From positions 1-64,000 of the IMG/VR virus record IMGVR_UViG_3300044961_000421: 64,000 nt of DNA. One strand, given 5' to 3'. Within the stretch, counting starts at the first letter, position 1, and every line of letters begins with the position of its first letter. The notes beneath the pieces were generated by a model. That model was not told the DNA's origin and made no database searches. It worked only from the letters and a program-made list of their open reading frames with translations. Shown here piece by piece: positions 47,763 to 57,357 of the stretch. This stretch comes from a virus. Both the position numbers and the translations under genes were made by a program.

Positions 47763-49187
47763 TTATTTACTGGATCTTATCACATTTAATGCTAATTCAA
47801 TTGCTTGTTTTTTTGAAAGTGATGGGTTTTCGATTGCTTTTTCTAATATTCGTTTCTTAATTTTTCCAATAAGTGGTCCTTTAGCACCAAGAGAAGCAAT
47901 TTCGTTGCCGTCCAATATGGATTTTGTATTCAAAATTGAATTAATATCCATTTTTTCTATTCTTTTACGAATTTTATCTATCTGTTTTGGCATCGAATGT
48001 GCATCAGCGTGGGATATATTATCAGCATGGATTAATTTAAGTGCTGGTTCGAGCATATCGGAAACACGATAAATGAATTTTCTCAATGATTTATCAGAAA
48101 TTTGGTCTCCTTCAGGACCAGCAGATTTTAAATCCATGTGGTAATTTATTAATTTTTGTACCTTTTCAATATCACTATTGGAATATTTTAGTCTCTTCAT
48201 GATTTCAGCAGCAATTTTTGAACCTACAGAGGCGTGACCAATAAATTGAATTTTTCCATCTTTTTCAGTTCTCGTTATTGATTTCCCGATATCGTGAAAA
48301 AGTGCTGATAACCTGAGTATTAATTCTGTAGGTACTGCATCCAAAACATTTAATGTATGCTTGAAAGCATCATGCTTATGAAATTTGTTTTGTTGTAGTT
48401 TATGTAATTTCTCCAATTCAGGAATCGTATATTTAAGAATTCCTGTAATTCTAAACATACGAATCGCTTTTGATGGTTTTTCTAAAACCAATATTTTATT
48501 CAATTCATCCTGTATTCTCTCCGAAGAAATGTTTTTCAATTTTTCTGCATTCTTTTTTATTGATCGGATTACAGAAAGTGGTAAATCAAAATTGTATTTA
48601 AAAGCAAATCGGATTGCTCTCAGTATACGCAGAGGATCTTCGCTAAAAATCCAATCCGGATTCCCTGTTGTTTGAATTACTTTTTTATTTAAATCCTTTA
48701 TAGATCTTCCTGTTAAATCGAAAATTTCACCGGTCGTTAGGTTTTTAAAAAGAGCATTAATCGTAAAATCTCTTCTGAAAGCATCATCTTCAATCGTACC
48801 AACAGAAACGATTGGTTTCCTAGAACCCTGTTCATATTTTTCTTTTCTTGGAGCGACAAATTCAACGTCAATATCACCAGATTCTAATTTTAATGTCAAT
48901 TTTGCCGTTCTGAATCTAGGAAAAATTACAGGATTTGAATCCTTTTTATAAATACCAAGTTTTTTTGCTATGAATGTAGCAACCTTAATACCACCTTCGA
49001 TCCCGTGCCCATCTACAACTAAATCGACATCCTTACTCCTTAATCCGAGAAGATTATCTCGAACATATCCACCAGCAATAAATACTTTATTATCATATTT
49101 ACTACCTCGAATTACAGAGGCAATTAGCTTGATTGCCTCTTCCGCCTTTATTGATTCTAATAAAAAATATTCTTTTATGTTTAACAT
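47763..49187 (-). CDS. cca: CCA tRNA nucleotidyltransferase with HD domain
   Basis: GGYVRD.LLG..SKDVD, DAFRRDFTINAL, EDPLRILRAIRF, SSERIQDEL, FHDIGK. Confidence 0.92.
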   Translation of the reverse strand: MLNIKEYFLLESIKAEEAIKLIASVIRGSKYDNKVFIAGGYVRDNLLGLRSKDVDLVVDGHGIEGGIKVATFIAKKLGIYKKDSNPVIFPRFRTAKLTLKLESGDIDVEFVAPRKEKYEQGSRKPIVSVGTIEDDAFRRDFTINALFKNLTTGEIFDLTGRSIKDLNKKVIQTTGNPDWIFSEDPLRILRAIRFAFKYNFDLPLSVIRSIKKNAEKLKNISSERIQDELNKILVLEKPSKAIRMFRITGILKYTIPELEKLHKLQQNKFHKHDAFKHTLNVLDAVPTELILRLSALFHDIGKSITRTEKDGKIQFIGHASVGSKIAAEIMKRLKYSNSDIEKVQKLINYHMDLKSAGPEGDQISDKSLRKFIYRVSDMLEPALKLIHADNISHADAHSMPKQIDKIRKRIEKMDINSILNTKSILDGNEIASLGAKGPLIGKIKKRILEKAIENPSLSKKQAIELALNVIRSSK

Positions 49188-49197
49188 AAAATGAGCA

Positions 49198-49788
49198 TCA
49201 ATCTTTTAATTTGTGAAATTGGAAAAGAAATTCTTCTTTTGCCTTTTTGTGATCCCAAGCACATTTTCCCATATCTTCCCAAACTTCTTCCGCTAATTCT
49301 ATGGCAGATTCGGGTACATTTTTTAATGTTTCGATCACCCATGGTCGAGTTGGGCCAGAAAAGAATTCGCGGGCTTCAAAAGCAAGTGCCGTTACATCTG
49401 CTATTTTCACTTCTTCTGTGAATTCATCTTGGGAAAAAACATGAAATTTTTTATAGATTACGTTGACTAAAAAATTTCTCGCAATTCTACGATATGGAAG
49501 CATTTCATCCATATATTTTAATGGTGATGGAATATCACAAAGATATGCCTCATCAGCATCATGGAGTAATCCATGTCTTTGAATGTCTTTGGCACATTTA
49601 CGCAGCATTTTTGATACCATAACTGAATGTTGTGCCACAGAATAAAAGTCACTGATATGCCCGTTAAAACGACAAATCTTTGATAAGGCATTTGCAATAT
49701 CTTCGATATCAATTTCATCAAGTTCTGGATCAAAAATGTTTACTTTTTTTCCTGTTGCTGTTCCGATTACACCTGTTTTGTAAGTCAT
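49198..49788 (-). CDS. HD-domain deoxynucleotide phosphohydrolase (YfbR/YfdR-like)
   Basis: DIA.ALS.ICRFNGH...YSVAQHS, LLHDA.EAY..DIPSPLK. Confidence 0.9.
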   Translation of the reverse strand: MTYKTGVIGTATGKKVNIFDPELDEIDIEDIANALSKICRFNGHISDFYSVAQHSVMVSKMLRKCAKDIQRHGLLHDADEAYLCDIPSPLKYMDEMLPYRRIARNFLVNVIYKKFHVFSQDEFTEEVKIADVTALAFEAREFFSGPTRPWVIETLKNVPESAIELAEEVWEDMGKCAWDHKKAKEEFLFQFHKLKD

Positions 49789-49790
49789 AT

Positions 49791-52340
49791 CTATTCCTTT
49801 ATAAAAAATTCACTCATATCAACAACCCTCTCCATTTTCCAACCAATTGCTTTCACAATAATCCTGAGAGGGTCCAAAAAAGATTTTTCAAATTGTGTTT
49901 CAAAATCAATCATTGTTTTATCAATACCAAACTCTTTCGGTATATAATCTACAAACGAAATCACTTTATCTTGAAATGCGTTTGGTTCTCGCATTGCCAA
50001 AAATTTGATTTTTTCTCCTTCTTGTATTGATGGTATAGTTTTTTCCAATCCGTATAATTTGATCAAATAATTAAAATTAATCGCGCCACGAACATGATAA
50101 GGAGCACCTTTTTTCGCTTTTCCTTGCTCATCCGTATATTTATCAATCCCATTTACTCCTCTCGGAAAAGCAATATCTTCAGGATCTAGGGTATAAAATT
50201 CTTTTTCGAATGATTCTATTAGATCCAATAAAGCATCATTATCTTTAGTCAAAATGATGGAAATTGCTTCTTTAATCTTTTCTCTGCAAGATTTTGGAGT
50301 AGAAGCTTTAATTGCTTCTATTCCCATCATTTTTAATTTTGGTTTTTCATATCTAATACCTTCCGAATCATAAACATTCATCATATATCGCTTTTTCGCT
50401 GTCCAAATGCTTTTATCCGCCAGCACATCACGAATCATTTTTATCAAATCTCCCATTCCGTTCAACATATTGAATGAAATGTTTGAGCAAATCTCATCAA
50501 TTTTTGGTTGTAATTCTTTTTTACAAATCTCATCCAAAAAATTGATAATCTTGATAGTATCGTCTGTATTTTTGAATAACAAATCTACAATCGTTTCCAT
50601 ACGAATATAAACAGAATCAGTATCGCAATAAATCACATACTCAAAATCCTTTGTTTTAAAAATTTTATTCAAAAAAGCATTTAATTCTCTTTCTATAATT
50701 TGGATAATAAACTGACCTGTAATTGTTACTGCTTCCGCATTATCTATATCATAGAACCGAAAATAATTTGATCCTACAGCACCGTACAACGAATTCATCG
50801 AAACCTTAACAGCTTTTTGTTTCAAATCATACTTAGAAACATCATTCTTAAGCGTTTCTTTTTCTTTTTTATCATGACAGTGTTCCAATTTATCTTTCGC
50901 TTCTTTGGCTAGTTTTTTATATTTCAGCCGATCATTAAACATCGTTTCGATTGCCTTACTATAAAACGATATTCGGTCTCTATCATAAAAAACACCATTT
51001 AATGAAAGAGTTTGATTATTTTTCTTTGCTTTACCCAATTCTTTTAACCAATTTGAATTACCAGAAAGAGCGTCATGGATCGTAAATGAATTGGTTTTTT
51101 CTACTTTCGTCTCAACACCTATATTCAAAACACGGATGATCGAAGGATAGAGTGAAGTAACGTCAAAAGAAACTACCCATTTATAAAGACCAGGTTTTGG
51201 TTCCTTGACATATGCTCCAACATATGCATCATTCTTTTCGTGTTCTTTTTTAAATGGGATGACAATTTTTTCTTTTCGCAAAGAATTATATAATTTGACA
51301 TCCCAAGTTCTTACTTGGCTTTCAACATCTTCATAATTTACTTTTGACTCATAAGCAACGTTTATGGTCAATTCAATTAATTTCATTTTTTTCTCTAGTC
51401 GTTCAACGAGTTCGACGTCCTTAATATTATACTCGACAAACGAATCAAAATCTGTATTATACAAATTTTGGAGAGATCCTATGTATTTCCGTTTTCCTTC
51501 TCCAAGTTCAACTTGGGATACATAATCCAACTTATATGATTCTCTCGGATCTTTTACATATTTTTTGTAAATATTAATATAATCGAGAATTGCGATACCA
51601 GCAATTTCGTATGTTTCCTTTTCCTTACCAAACCAATCTTCTGTTTTTTTCGAAATCATCTTGAATGGGCTGATACGTTTTGCTTGTTGTTCTCCAAAAA
51701 GATTTTTTAATCTATTGATCAAGTATGGAATATCAAAAAAACTAATACTCCATCCAGTAATAACATCAGGATCGCTTTTATACCACATCGAGAGAAAATG
51801 GGATAACATATCTCTTTCGTTTTCGAAACGGAAGAAAATTACATCTCTCTCAGGGAATTTCTTTCTCCAGCCCACCTCATCAAATCCATCTTTGAAATAG
51901 AAAAAATTATAATGGTTATCCGTAAAATTCTTTGTCGTTATAGTGATGATTTCATTTTCCGCTTTTTCTACAACCGGAAATCCATTTTCTGAGTCAACTT
52001 CAATATCAAAATTCAGAATCTTGATTTTGGATAAATCGAATTCAATATCATTCGGATAATTATCCGAAATATATTGATATTGCCACATGGTTTGTCCAAA
52101 TAGTTCAAAGTTACTCACCTCAGAATAATTTCGAACAAACTCTCTTGCTTCTTTAATTGTCGAAAATGGTATCCTTTCAACAAAACGACCATCGAGCGTT
52201 TTCATTGAGGTTGGAGTTTTTGATATAATATAAAGAGACGGAGAAAATTGTTCTTTTAACAATTTCTTATTTCCGTGTTCATCTATCTCTTTACAATAGA
52301 TAGTATTTCCGGCTAAAAAGACGTTTGTGTAATAGTTCAT
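49791..52340 (-). CDS. 43: Family B DNA polymerase gp43
   Basis: DIEV exonuclease motif, SFDVTSLYPSII, K...NSLYG, YCDTDS, KKRY; no intron or intein seen. Confidence 0.97.
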   Translation of the reverse strand: MNYYTNVFLAGNTIYCKEIDEHGNKKLLKEQFSPSLYIISKTPTSMKTLDGRFVERIPFSTIKEAREFVRNYSEVSNFELFGQTMWQYQYISDNYPNDIEFDLSKIKILNFDIEVDSENGFPVVEKAENEIITITTKNFTDNHYNFFYFKDGFDEVGWRKKFPERDVIFFRFENERDMLSHFLSMWYKSDPDVITGWSISFFDIPYLINRLKNLFGEQQAKRISPFKMISKKTEDWFGKEKETYEIAGIAILDYINIYKKYVKDPRESYKLDYVSQVELGEGKRKYIGSLQNLYNTDFDSFVEYNIKDVELVERLEKKMKLIELTINVAYESKVNYEDVESQVRTWDVKLYNSLRKEKIVIPFKKEHEKNDAYVGAYVKEPKPGLYKWVVSFDVTSLYPSIIRVLNIGVETKVEKTNSFTIHDALSGNSNWLKELGKAKKNNQTLSLNGVFYDRDRISFYSKAIETMFNDRLKYKKLAKEAKDKLEHCHDKKEKETLKNDVSKYDLKQKAVKVSMNSLYGAVGSNYFRFYDIDNAEAVTITGQFIIQIIERELNAFLNKIFKTKDFEYVIYCDTDSVYIRMETIVDLLFKNTDDTIKIINFLDEICKKELQPKIDEICSNISFNMLNGMGDLIKMIRDVLADKSIWTAKKRYMMNVYDSEGIRYEKPKLKMMGIEAIKASTPKSCREKIKEAISIILTKDNDALLDLIESFEKEFYTLDPEDIAFPRGVNGIDKYTDEQGKAKKGAPYHVRGAINFNYLIKLYGLEKTIPSIQEGEKIKFLAMREPNAFQDKVISFVDYIPKEFGIDKTMIDFETQFEKSFLDPLRIIVKAIGWKMERVVDMSEFFIKE

Positions 52341-52370
52341 AATTCTTATTTAATTATATCAAATTACAAA

Positions 52371-52412
52371 AGAAAAAGCAAGTATGAAAATTAATCCATA
52401 CTTGCTTTTTCT
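52371..52412. terminator. Terminator hairpin overlapping the gp43 promoter (TTGCTT-17-TATAAT)
   Basis: agaaaaagcaagtatg...catacttgctttttct. Confidence 0.7.
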
Positions 52413-52429
52413 GAAAAAATACATTTATT

Positions 52430-53155
52430 TTACTTAATCGTTTTCTTTTTAAAAATACCTATAGCAATCAGAGAAGAAGTGAATAGAAAATAACTAGATG
52501 GTTCTGGGACAGCCTCATGAATAACACCAAAATCATCTAGACCAAATCCATCATTTCTTTGAAGATTTTCAAATCTAACTTCCCGAATCGGGTTATCCGA
52601 TTTAATTCCAACAAAATGAATAGCACCGTTTGAAAGAACTGTATTAGAAATTGTCGCATTTTGGATATTGTTTTGCGAATCTCTTACAGTCAAGAATAAA
52701 GAATTTGCTAATCCAACATCTTCAGCATCCGTAATAAAGAAAAATAAAGTATTTGTTTGTGGCCCCACATTCAAAAAAAACTTTGTAATATCATTTGAAT
52801 CCAACCAATTAGATCCATTTTGTGTCGTATTGAAACGACCGCTGAACGGAGACAGGCTATCATTCAGAATGAGTAATTCGTTTAATCCTGTTCCAGAGTT
52901 TCCTGGTGCTGAACCTTGTCCAGTTGGATCAATATTAAAAACACCAATATTTGTAAATAAAGAAGCATACTTTGTCGCGGGTAGATTTTCAAAATTTTCC
53001 AGTATTGTCCAAAAAGACGAATCTAACCAAATGTTTCTTTCTGCTTGGGCGCCGGACAAAGTATATTGAGGGCTCGAAACAAAAATTGTCAATGGTGAAG
53101 CGTGAGTCACCATACAAATAAAAAATACCAACAAAACGCTCCTTAAAAGCGACAT
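52430..53155 (-). CDS. PEP-CTERM sorting-domain surface protein
   Basis: N-terminal signal peptide; C-terminal VPEPSS + TM helix + KKK. Confidence 0.9.
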   Translation of the reverse strand: MSLLRSVLLVFFICMVTHASPLTIFVSSPQYTLSGAQAERNIWLDSSFWTILENFENLPATKYASLFTNIGVFNIDPTGQGSAPGNSGTGLNELLILNDSLSPFSGRFNTTQNGSNWLDSNDITKFFLNVGPQTNTLFFFITDAEDVGLANSLFLTVRDSQNNIQNATISNTVLSNGAIHFVGIKSDNPIREVRFENLQRNDGFGLDDFGVIHEAVPEPSSYFLFTSSLIAIGIFKKKTIK

Positions 53156-53176
53156 AAATTTAATCTCCTTCCTATA

Positions 53177-53683
53177 TTACTCTTTTATTATAACACACTT
53201 ATCATACAAAGTCAACAATTTTTCAAGAGGTTGTAAAATATATCCTTGTAATTCCAATGAAATTGGGATTTGCCATTCTTTCCTCTCGAATGGTTTTTCG
53301 TGAATGTGACCGAACAAAGATATATCATAATATCCTTGTTCTTGAGGAGGTTTATGAATAAAACGAATCCTTTTATTCATATAATGAAATGAAAAATCAT
53401 CACAACAGAAATCCCACCCATTATTCATATACCAATTACAACTTTTCTTATCATGATTCCCGCGAACAAGAATCTTTTTTCCTGGTAATTGTTGGATTAT
53501 ATTTTTATGGATTATTGTTGTATCGGATCTATAAGAAACATCACCTAGATGGATAATCACATCACCATCATTTCTTTTTTTCCAATCCTCAATAATCAAT
53601 TCTTCAAAATTATCAGGACGGTTACAAAGTTTTTTGATATTTTCGTGTCCAAAGTGTGTATCAGTTATGATGAAGTAAGCCAT
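53177..53683 (-). CDS. Calcineurin-like metallophosphoesterase
   Basis: TDTHFGH, HLGD, RGNHD, H.P, FGHIH; start ATG53683. Confidence 0.9.
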   Translation of the reverse strand: MAYFIITDTHFGHENIKKLCNRPDNFEELIIEDWKKRNDGDVIIHLGDVSYRSDTTIIHKNIIQQLPGKKILVRGNHDKKSCNWYMNNGWDFCCDDFSFHYMNKRIRFIHKPPQEQGYYDISLFGHIHEKPFERKEWQIPISLELQGYILQPLEKLLTLYDKCVIIKE

Positions 53684-54105
53684 AATTTGATTTCTTCTTC
53701 TCGCCGTGCAACAAGACCGGGAAGAATTTTTCCTCCTGACCTGCGCCATTTTCTAAATTCATCAGGAATCAAATCAAATTTCTTCTCATTCAAATATTTC
53801 AAAAGTGATGAATTTTGAAAATTACCTATTCCTATATTATAAACCAACGAAATAATAGCATCTTGTTGATTTTGACTAAGTTCAACTTTAATCAATTTCT
53901 CTATAATTCTGATTTTTTCCTTTATCTTATTTAATAATAATTTTTCCGCCTCTTCTTCTGTGATACCATCTTTATATTTTATTGCTTCTTGTGGTGTTAA
54001 ACGATACCCATATCCTATCGCAGGATGTCCTTGATCATTATAGATTTTAGGAACAAAACCTTCCGCACGCTTTATAAATTCAAGACCTTTTTTACTTATA
54101 TCCAT
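53665..54105 (-). CDS. GH24 lysozyme
   Basis: FIKRAEG..IY.D..G.PAIGYG, YNIG.G.F..S.LL, GLV.RR.EE. Confidence 0.92.
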   Translation of the reverse strand: MDISKKGLEFIKRAEGFVPKIYNDQGHPAIGYGYRLTPQEAIKYKDGITEEEAEKLLLNKIKEKIRIIEKLIKVELSQNQQDAIISLVYNIGIGNFQNSSLLKYLNEKKFDLIPDEFRKWRRSGGKILPGLVARREEEIKLWLTSS

Positions 54106-54215
54106 AAAAATTTATTAAATAGGAGATTAGAGAAAATCTATAATTCGGAGACCTCCACTATTTCGTGGTAAAGATGGCAGAGTTCATCAGGCTCTCCGAC
54201 CTCTCTGCTTATTTT

Positions 54216-54671
54216 TTATTCAATTGGAATCAACTTCGGTTTTTGTTCTTCAGGAACAATATTCGAAAGTTCAATTCTTAACACACCATTATCATATTTT
54301 ACTGATTTTACTTCAACAGTATTAAGCAACTTCCATGACATAAGGAAACTACGTTTTGCAATTCCTTTGTGGAAATATATTGGATATTTTTCATTAACTA
54401 GATTTTTGTTTTCTAGGTTTTTGTTTTCTTTATGTTTAGAATATACCTCTAGGCGGTTGTTCTTCCTATCAACAACTACCTCAATATCATTTTTTGAAAA
54501 GCCTGCTAAAGCCATTTCAATGACATAATTATATTCATCTATGGCATAATAATCATATGGTGGGAATGATGGGATTGTGCGTTCTGGATCAATATCTTCC
54601 AAAAATCTATCAACACCAATCATATCAAAGATTGATTTTGGAAACAATTTTTTTGTATCTGTTAATAACAT
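54216..54671 (-). CDS. Small heat-shock protein Hsp20
   Basis: FPPY, IEMALAGFSK.DI, HKGIAKRSF, NGVL.I.L...VPEE.KP; late promoter at 54737-54730. Confidence 0.93.
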   Translation of the reverse strand: MLLTDTKKLFPKSIFDMIGVDRFLEDIDPERTIPSFPPYDYYAIDEYNYVIEMALAGFSKNDIEVVVDRKNNRLEVYSKHKENKNLENKNLVNEKYPIYFHKGIAKRSFLMSWKLLNTVEVKSVKYDNGVLRIELSNIVPEEQKPKLIPIE

Positions 54672-54744
54672 TTTTTCTCTCCTTTTAAGCAAGAAATTTT
54701 ATTGTGAGCCCATCAGGCACTCACAATATTATTTATACCAGAAA

Positions 54745-55248
54745 TTACTTTCCGGTAGAACCTAAACCCGAAATCCTATTAGTTTTGTTTGCCGGATTAT
54801 AAAATACTTCCTCAAAGCAAACTTTTTCATGCTTTTCAATTGATGCTTGAGCTATTCTGTTTCCATGTTGAACTATCATCATTTCTTCTGAAAGATTAAA
54901 TAGCATTACTAATGTTTGCTCCGGATAGTCGTCATCAACAATTCCGACAGCGTTTCCAAGAATTACTCCATTTTTATATGGAATTCCCGAACGATTGTAA
55001 ATCTTTAAGCAATATCCTTCAGGAATTCCAAAAATTACACCAGTAGGAACCAACACTCTGATACCTGGTGGAATTGATATTTCTTCATCTTCAACTAGAA
55101 TATGGTATTGTTTATTTTTTGAATCCATTCCTTTTATTCTGTTTCCATTTGTTAAACAAGCATAAAGATCAAAGCAAGCAGAACCTAATGTGGCATATGT
55201 TGGTGTGATCGCTCTTGTATCACATTTTTGTATTTTTATTTCTATCAT
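54745..55248 (-). CDS. dut: Trimeric dUTPase
   Basis: SACFDL, VPTG, RSG, GIVD.DY, RIAQ, R.SGLGSTG. Confidence 0.95.
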   Translation of the reverse strand: MIEIKIQKCDTRAITPTYATLGSACFDLYACLTNGNRIKGMDSKNKQYHILVEDEEISIPPGIRVLVPTGVIFGIPEGYCLKIYNRSGIPYKNGVILGNAVGIVDDDYPEQTLVMLFNLSEEMMIVQHGNRIAQASIEKHEKVCFEEVFYNPANKTNRISGLGSTGK

Positions 55249-55268
55249 TTTTCTCCTCTAATATATAT

Positions 55269-55964
55269 TCATCGCCCCGACCTTTTAATATTAAAATACA
55301 ACAAACTACCATTCACAGCATATCCAAAAACTCTATCATACCATTTTGGTTTTGTAATCCGATTTATATTATTCGTAATACCCTCAACATTTTTTGCTAT
55401 TTTTGGAAATTCTTCTTGGAATGTCGTTGAAGACGATACAATATTTGTTGTTATTTCATTCATATTTTTCGTTATTTGGTCCGAATTGTAAGCAACATCA
55501 CGGGTAGCTGTCCGTAACGAAAACAATGTATCTGTGAGTTGGTTTTGAATACAGAGAGCATTATTTTCACAATCAAGAAAATCCTTCATGCTCGAATCCA
55601 ATGTATTTGGAATTTTTGCATATGCCGTCACCGTTTCTGTAGCAGCATCACGAATGGGAAGAAAATCTGTTCGAATAGTATCTATTCTCGCAAACGTTTC
55701 TGTTCTCGTATCTTCTATCAAACGTACAGAATTTTTTTCCAATGATAAGATTCGTGTATTTAATGTTTTGCGTGTTGAAGAGATTTCCGAAATAATGTTT
55801 TTAAAATGATTATTCATATCATTTCGGATTTCGATTGTTTGTTTTTCTGTGAATTTTTCTAAATTTCTTGTTGTAATAACCAATTGGATAAAAAAAGCAG
55901 AAATTGCTAAAAATAGAATTGTTTTAGAGATTATGAGTAAATGTTTCATATGATTGATTTCCAA
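55269..55964 (-). CDS. Membrane-anchored coiled-coil protein
   Basis: N-terminal TM segment, long heptad region, KPKWYDRV tail. Confidence 0.65.
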   Translation of the reverse strand: MEINHMKHLLIISKTILFLAISAFFIQLVITTRNLEKFTEKQTIEIRNDMNNHFKNIISEISSTRKTLNTRILSLEKNSVRLIEDTRTETFARIDTIRTDFLPIRDAATETVTAYAKIPNTLDSSMKDFLDCENNALCIQNQLTDTLFSLRTATRDVAYNSDQITKNMNEITTNIVSSSTTFQEEFPKIAKNVEGITNNINRITKPKWYDRVFGYAVNGSLLYFNIKRSGR

Positions 55965-56268
55965 TTATTTCTATCAATCTATTTCTATTTACTGGATTAA
56001 AAAAACCAGAAGAAACAATTCTTTTTCGAGAAAATACAGTAATGAAAGGAGCTTTTCTTATACTATATTTCATTGCTAATTTTGGCTCCTTATCTATGTC
56101 TACTACCGCAAGATCAACAAGATTTGGATTAAATGGGAGCGTCTTTAAAAAATCATACGCTGTTATACAAGCTTCATGTGTCGGAATTACCCACAAAATG
56201 ATTACCTGTTTTTTTAAATGTTCTGATTCTAAATAAGAATTAAAATCTTTTTCCGTTAAATTTCGCAT
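55924..56268 (-). CDS. Thioredoxin-fold protein lacking a complete CxxC
   Basis: VDIDKEPKLAMKYSIRKAP; the active-site position reads PTHEAC. Confidence 0.65.
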   Translation of the reverse strand: MRNLTEKDFNSYLESEHLKKQVIILWVIPTHEACITAYDFLKTLPFNPNLVDLAVVDIDKEPKLAMKYSIRKAPFITVFSRKRIVSSGFFNPVNRNRLIEIIGNQSYETFTHNL

Positions 56269-56279
56269 AATAAAGATAT

Positions 56280-56465
56280 TTATTTTAACAACCATGTTAC
56301 GGTTCCGGTAATTCCGGAAGCAAAAAACCAATATGTTGCTTTTCTATATTCTCCATAATACATATAAACAACACAAGCAAGAACACAAGAACAGAACTGA
56401 ATAATTGGAAAAAAATCAATCAAACCTTCTCTAAAATTGATAGAAAGTCCTTCCATATTTTTCAT
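56280..56465 (-). CDS. Small membrane protein
   Basis: VVY...GEYRKATYWF..GIT..VTW. Confidence 0.6.
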   Translation of the reverse strand: MKNMEGLSINFREGLIDFFPIIQFCSCVLACVVYMYYGEYRKATYWFFASGITGTVTWLLK

Positions 56466-56803
56466 GTTATAACCCTCTTCTCATATTCTATATATCTTTC
56501 ATCAAATCTTTTAATAGTTTTTGGAATTTCCGTAATACCATCATGAATTTCACTATGACAATTATTACATACGCAAATACATTTTTTCAACTCCTCAACG
56601 ATGTATAACCAGTTTTTCGGATTACGTCTTATAGACGCTATAGAAAATTCCTTTTCTGTTGGATCTAAGTGGTGGAATGATAAAGCATGGTTGGATTTGT
56701 TATAACCACATATACCGCATTCACCACCGAAAGCCTCAACCATCCTATCTTTTGTTTTACTTCTCCATTTTTTTACTGCTTCCGACCGTTTTGACATTAA
56801 CAT
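56462..56803 (-). CDS. HNH endonuclease
   Basis: GGECGICGY...L.FHH.DP..K...ELKKC..VC.NCHSEIH. Confidence 0.88.
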   Translation of the reverse strand: MLMSKRSEAVKKWRSKTKDRMVEAFGGECGICGYNKSNHALSFHHLDPTEKEFSIASIRRNPKNWLYIVEELKKCICVCNNCHSEIHDGITEIPKTIKRFDERYIEYEKRVIT

Positions 56804-56834
56804 ACCTCGTTAACATTTATACGAGATAAAACTT

Positions 56835-56909
56835 TGGCTCCTCCCCCAGGACTCGAACCTGGATCTCTTTCATTAACAGTGAAATGCCTTACCATTAGGC
56901 CAGATAGGA
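56835..56909 (-). tRNA. tRNA-Asn(GTT)
   Basis: Cloverleaf; TTTCA-CTGTTAA-TGAAA; encoded CCA. Confidence 0.9.
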
Positions 56910-56926
56910 ACACGATTCTCTTATTT

Positions 56927-57003
56927 TGGAGCGAGTAAAGGGATTCGAACCCTTTCCTTTTGGGTGGAAGCCAAATATGCTATCCATTAAACACTATACT
57001 CGC
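56927..57003 (-). tRNA. tRNA-Gly(TCC)
   Basis: TTTGG-CTTCCAC-CCAAA; CCA. Confidence 0.92.
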
Positions 57004-57041
57004 CCTCTATAATACAATTATAACACAATATTTGATCTCTG

Positions 57042-57290
57042 TCAATCCAAAATAAAATGTTCTAAAGGATCCTTTTTTAATACTTCCCAATCTTCGGATA
57101 AAATATCTGTTTGTGATGCTACCCAAGGTACTAAATCATTTTCAACGGTTTTCATATAAATATATGGGAGAGTCATTTTTGATGTATTAGTTGGTCGCTG
57201 AAGACAGATCCACATATTTTTTCCATTCCATCCTGATCTGAAAACTTTTCTTCCTAATCTTAATAATCTTAATGCTTTTTCGAAATTCAT
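57042..57290 (-). CDS. DUF2829 / Tad2-like protein
   Basis: MNF..AL..L..G.KV.R.GWNGK.M...PY....VPW.ASQTD.L.EDW. Confidence 0.85.
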   Translation of the reverse strand: MNFEKALRLLRLGRKVFRSGWNGKNMWICLQRPTNTSKMTLPYIYMKTVENDLVPWVASQTDILSEDWEVLKKDPLEHFILD

Positions 57291-57357
57291 TTCTCTTTTC
57301 TCCAGGGCAAACAAGTTACCTTTTATTTATCGCCCACATTTTTAATTTTCCATTGAT

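Noticed and set aside
49198-49788. DatZ / Z-genome (2-aminoadenine) system
   Set aside because: An HD hydrolase alone is not enough; there is no purZ or mazZ in the window and the polymerase is an ordinary gp43.
49791-52340. Introns or inteins in gp43, gp41 or nrdJ
   Set aside because: The ORFs are continuous and of normal length, with no splice motifs.
54145-54208. Hammerhead ribozyme (CTGATGA...GAAA); also CTGAGGA...GAAA near 60170
   Set aside because: Stem II cannot close between the core motifs in either case; both are kept only as unclassified structures.
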